Below are positions 62,418 through 64,000 of a stretch of DNA of 64,000 nucleotides, piece by piece. The stretch is taken from positions 62,000,001 through 62,064,000 of the forward strand of contig NC_059432.1 in assembly GCF_021028975.2 (NCBI RefSeq), given 5' to 3'. The notes beneath the pieces are model-generated. The model worked only from the letters and a program-made list of their open reading frames with translations, was not told the origin of the DNA and did no database searches. The stretch comes from Sphaerodactylus townsendi. Lineage: Eukaryota. The translations under genes were made by a program, and so were the position numbers. Numbering within the stretch: position 1 is the stretch's first letter; each line of letters opens with the position of its first letter.

Positions 62418-64000
62418 TTCAATGTTTTTTTTAATCTAGGGAGCCCAGATTCTCCCTTACCAGAAATCCCATTCAAATGGGATTGGAGATTAAAGAGAAC
62501 CTGGGGAAAATTTGAGAGTGCCTGTCAGGAGAGCAATGTTTAAGCTAACATTACCAAAAATTTAGGCTATCTTTAGGAGACTATCCTGATTATACCACCC
62601 AGGTTTAGTGAAGTTTGGTTCAGGGGGTCCAAAGTTATGGACCTTCAAAAGGGTAGCCCAATCTACCATTAGCTCCCATTGGAAACAATGGGGGATGGAG
62701 CACCCCTTTTGGGGGTCCATAACTTTGGATCCCCTGAACCAACCTTCACCAAACCTGGGTGGCATCAGCAGAAGACTATCCTTATGATGCCACCTAGGTT
62801 TAGTGAAGTTTGAGTCAGAGGGTCCAAAGTTATGGACCCTCAAAATGATAGCCCCATCTACTATTACCTCCCATTGGAAACAATGGAGGATGGGGTCACC
62901 CCCTTTGGGGGTCCATAACTTTGGACCCCCTGAACCAAACTTCACCAAATTTGGCTGGTATCATCAGGAGAGTGACCTGACGATAGCCTGAAATTTATGT
63001 GCCACTAGCCTAAAAACTGCGCCCCCTGCAGGCCAAAATTGAAAAAAAGTAAAAAATACAGAAAGCCACAAACGAACTTGCAATTTTTGTGCCCACCACA
63101 AGGTGGCGCCCGGGGATGTCCCCATGGTAGCTACGCCTGTGTTTGGGGGTGGAACTGGGGAGAACAGGGACCTCATTGAGATGCAATGCCATAGTGTCCA
63201 CCTTCCAAAGCATTCATTTGCTCCAGGGGAACTGAACTCTGTAGTCTGGAGGTGAGCGGTAATTCAAGGGGATCCCCAGGGTTCCACCTGGAGACTGACA
63301 TCCCTGTTCATTCCTGAGCAAATGTGGGATTAATCTTGTAACTACATAACCACAGATATTTGTACACATCATAAAATCACGCTCAAAAATCTCCATATTA
63401 GGCTGGAGCTAAATAGGGCTGCAGTCTATCTCACCCGGGTTTGTTTGTTTGTTGCTTTAAGATTCCACTGTGGGAGTTTTCTCATCAGCAAATCTAAAAC
63501 CGGCACTTCATTTGTTTAGAAACATGGAAAACTGAAATAGATTAAAAAGATTAAATATATATCGTTAATGGTAATGATCTTCAAGTTTTACAAAGTGTTG
63601 CAAAAATTTGGTGTGAGTTTTAGAGAAGTGATTGTTTATCTTTTCCTAATGTGTATGCCTAATAAAGGTTAACTGAACTGAATGAATTTACTTTTACATG
63701 ATGATCTCTGTCATGGATTCCTGTGGCTCACAATGAACAATAGTCACATATAGACTAAACTACATATAAAAAAATAAGGCACACTCTAAAAAGTGATAGT
63801 AGAAGCTACTTGTGCCAGCCTTGGTTCAGTGGAGGGGTCCCCAACCTTTTGAGCCTGCATGGAATTCTGACATGGAATGGCTGGTGCAACCACAAAATGG
63901 CTGTCACAAAACAACTGCTACAGGAGGTGGAGCCATCCACAAAATGACTGTCAAATTTTTACTTCAGTCACATAGTGAAGATTTTTTGCCATGGTGGCAG

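Larger units (their letters stand above)
61707..63141. mobile_element. Non-autonomous hAT element with internal repeats and 8-bp TSD TTTGGGGG, inserted in an older MITE (about 61661-63306) and hosting a Penelope insertion
   Basis: TIR CAGTGGTGTAGCTA / TAGCTACGCCTGTG; TSD at 61699-61706 and 63142-63149; host halves rejoin as cctggagatttgggggtggaa. Confidence 0.8.

Noticed and set aside
62562-62991. Repetitive ORFs (HNFGPPEPNFTK) and a CRISPR-like periodic look
   Set aside because: Internal repeats of a non-autonomous transposon in a vertebrate intron; no unique spacers
60755-64000. CYP17A1 exon 3
   Set aside because: No AVTNV/CFN-type peptide found by eye; it probably lies beyond the window

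Overview
Vertebrate genomic DNA. The repeat content (Sauria SINE, CORE-type SINEs, squamate Penelope, CR1, hAT and Harbinger-type MITEs) points to a squamate, probably a gecko; this is inference. The window holds the conserved CYP17A1-BORCS7-AS3MT-CNNM2 block. Minus strand: CNNM2 exon 1 (892-2533, rest of gene outside the window), a complete 11-exon AS3MT (34094-19152, 369 aa, start codon split A|TG by intron 1) and a complete 5-exon BORCS7 (48507-36771, 109 aa). Plus strand: CYP17A1 exons 1-2 (55846-60754); exon 1 has compensating frameshifts and no GT donor, which looks like uncorrected long-read error. The rest is mostly transposons, plus one 212-N gap and a ~2.9 kb palindrome at 51600-54487. 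I see no clearly new gene system. The best leads are minimal hammerhead ribozyme motifs in Penelope termini (one sense-oriented in CYP17A1 intron 2), the large palindrome, the damaged CYP17A1 exon 1, a transposon carrying divergent CTCF motifs, and BORCS7-AS3MT read-through splicing that could rebuild the split ATG.
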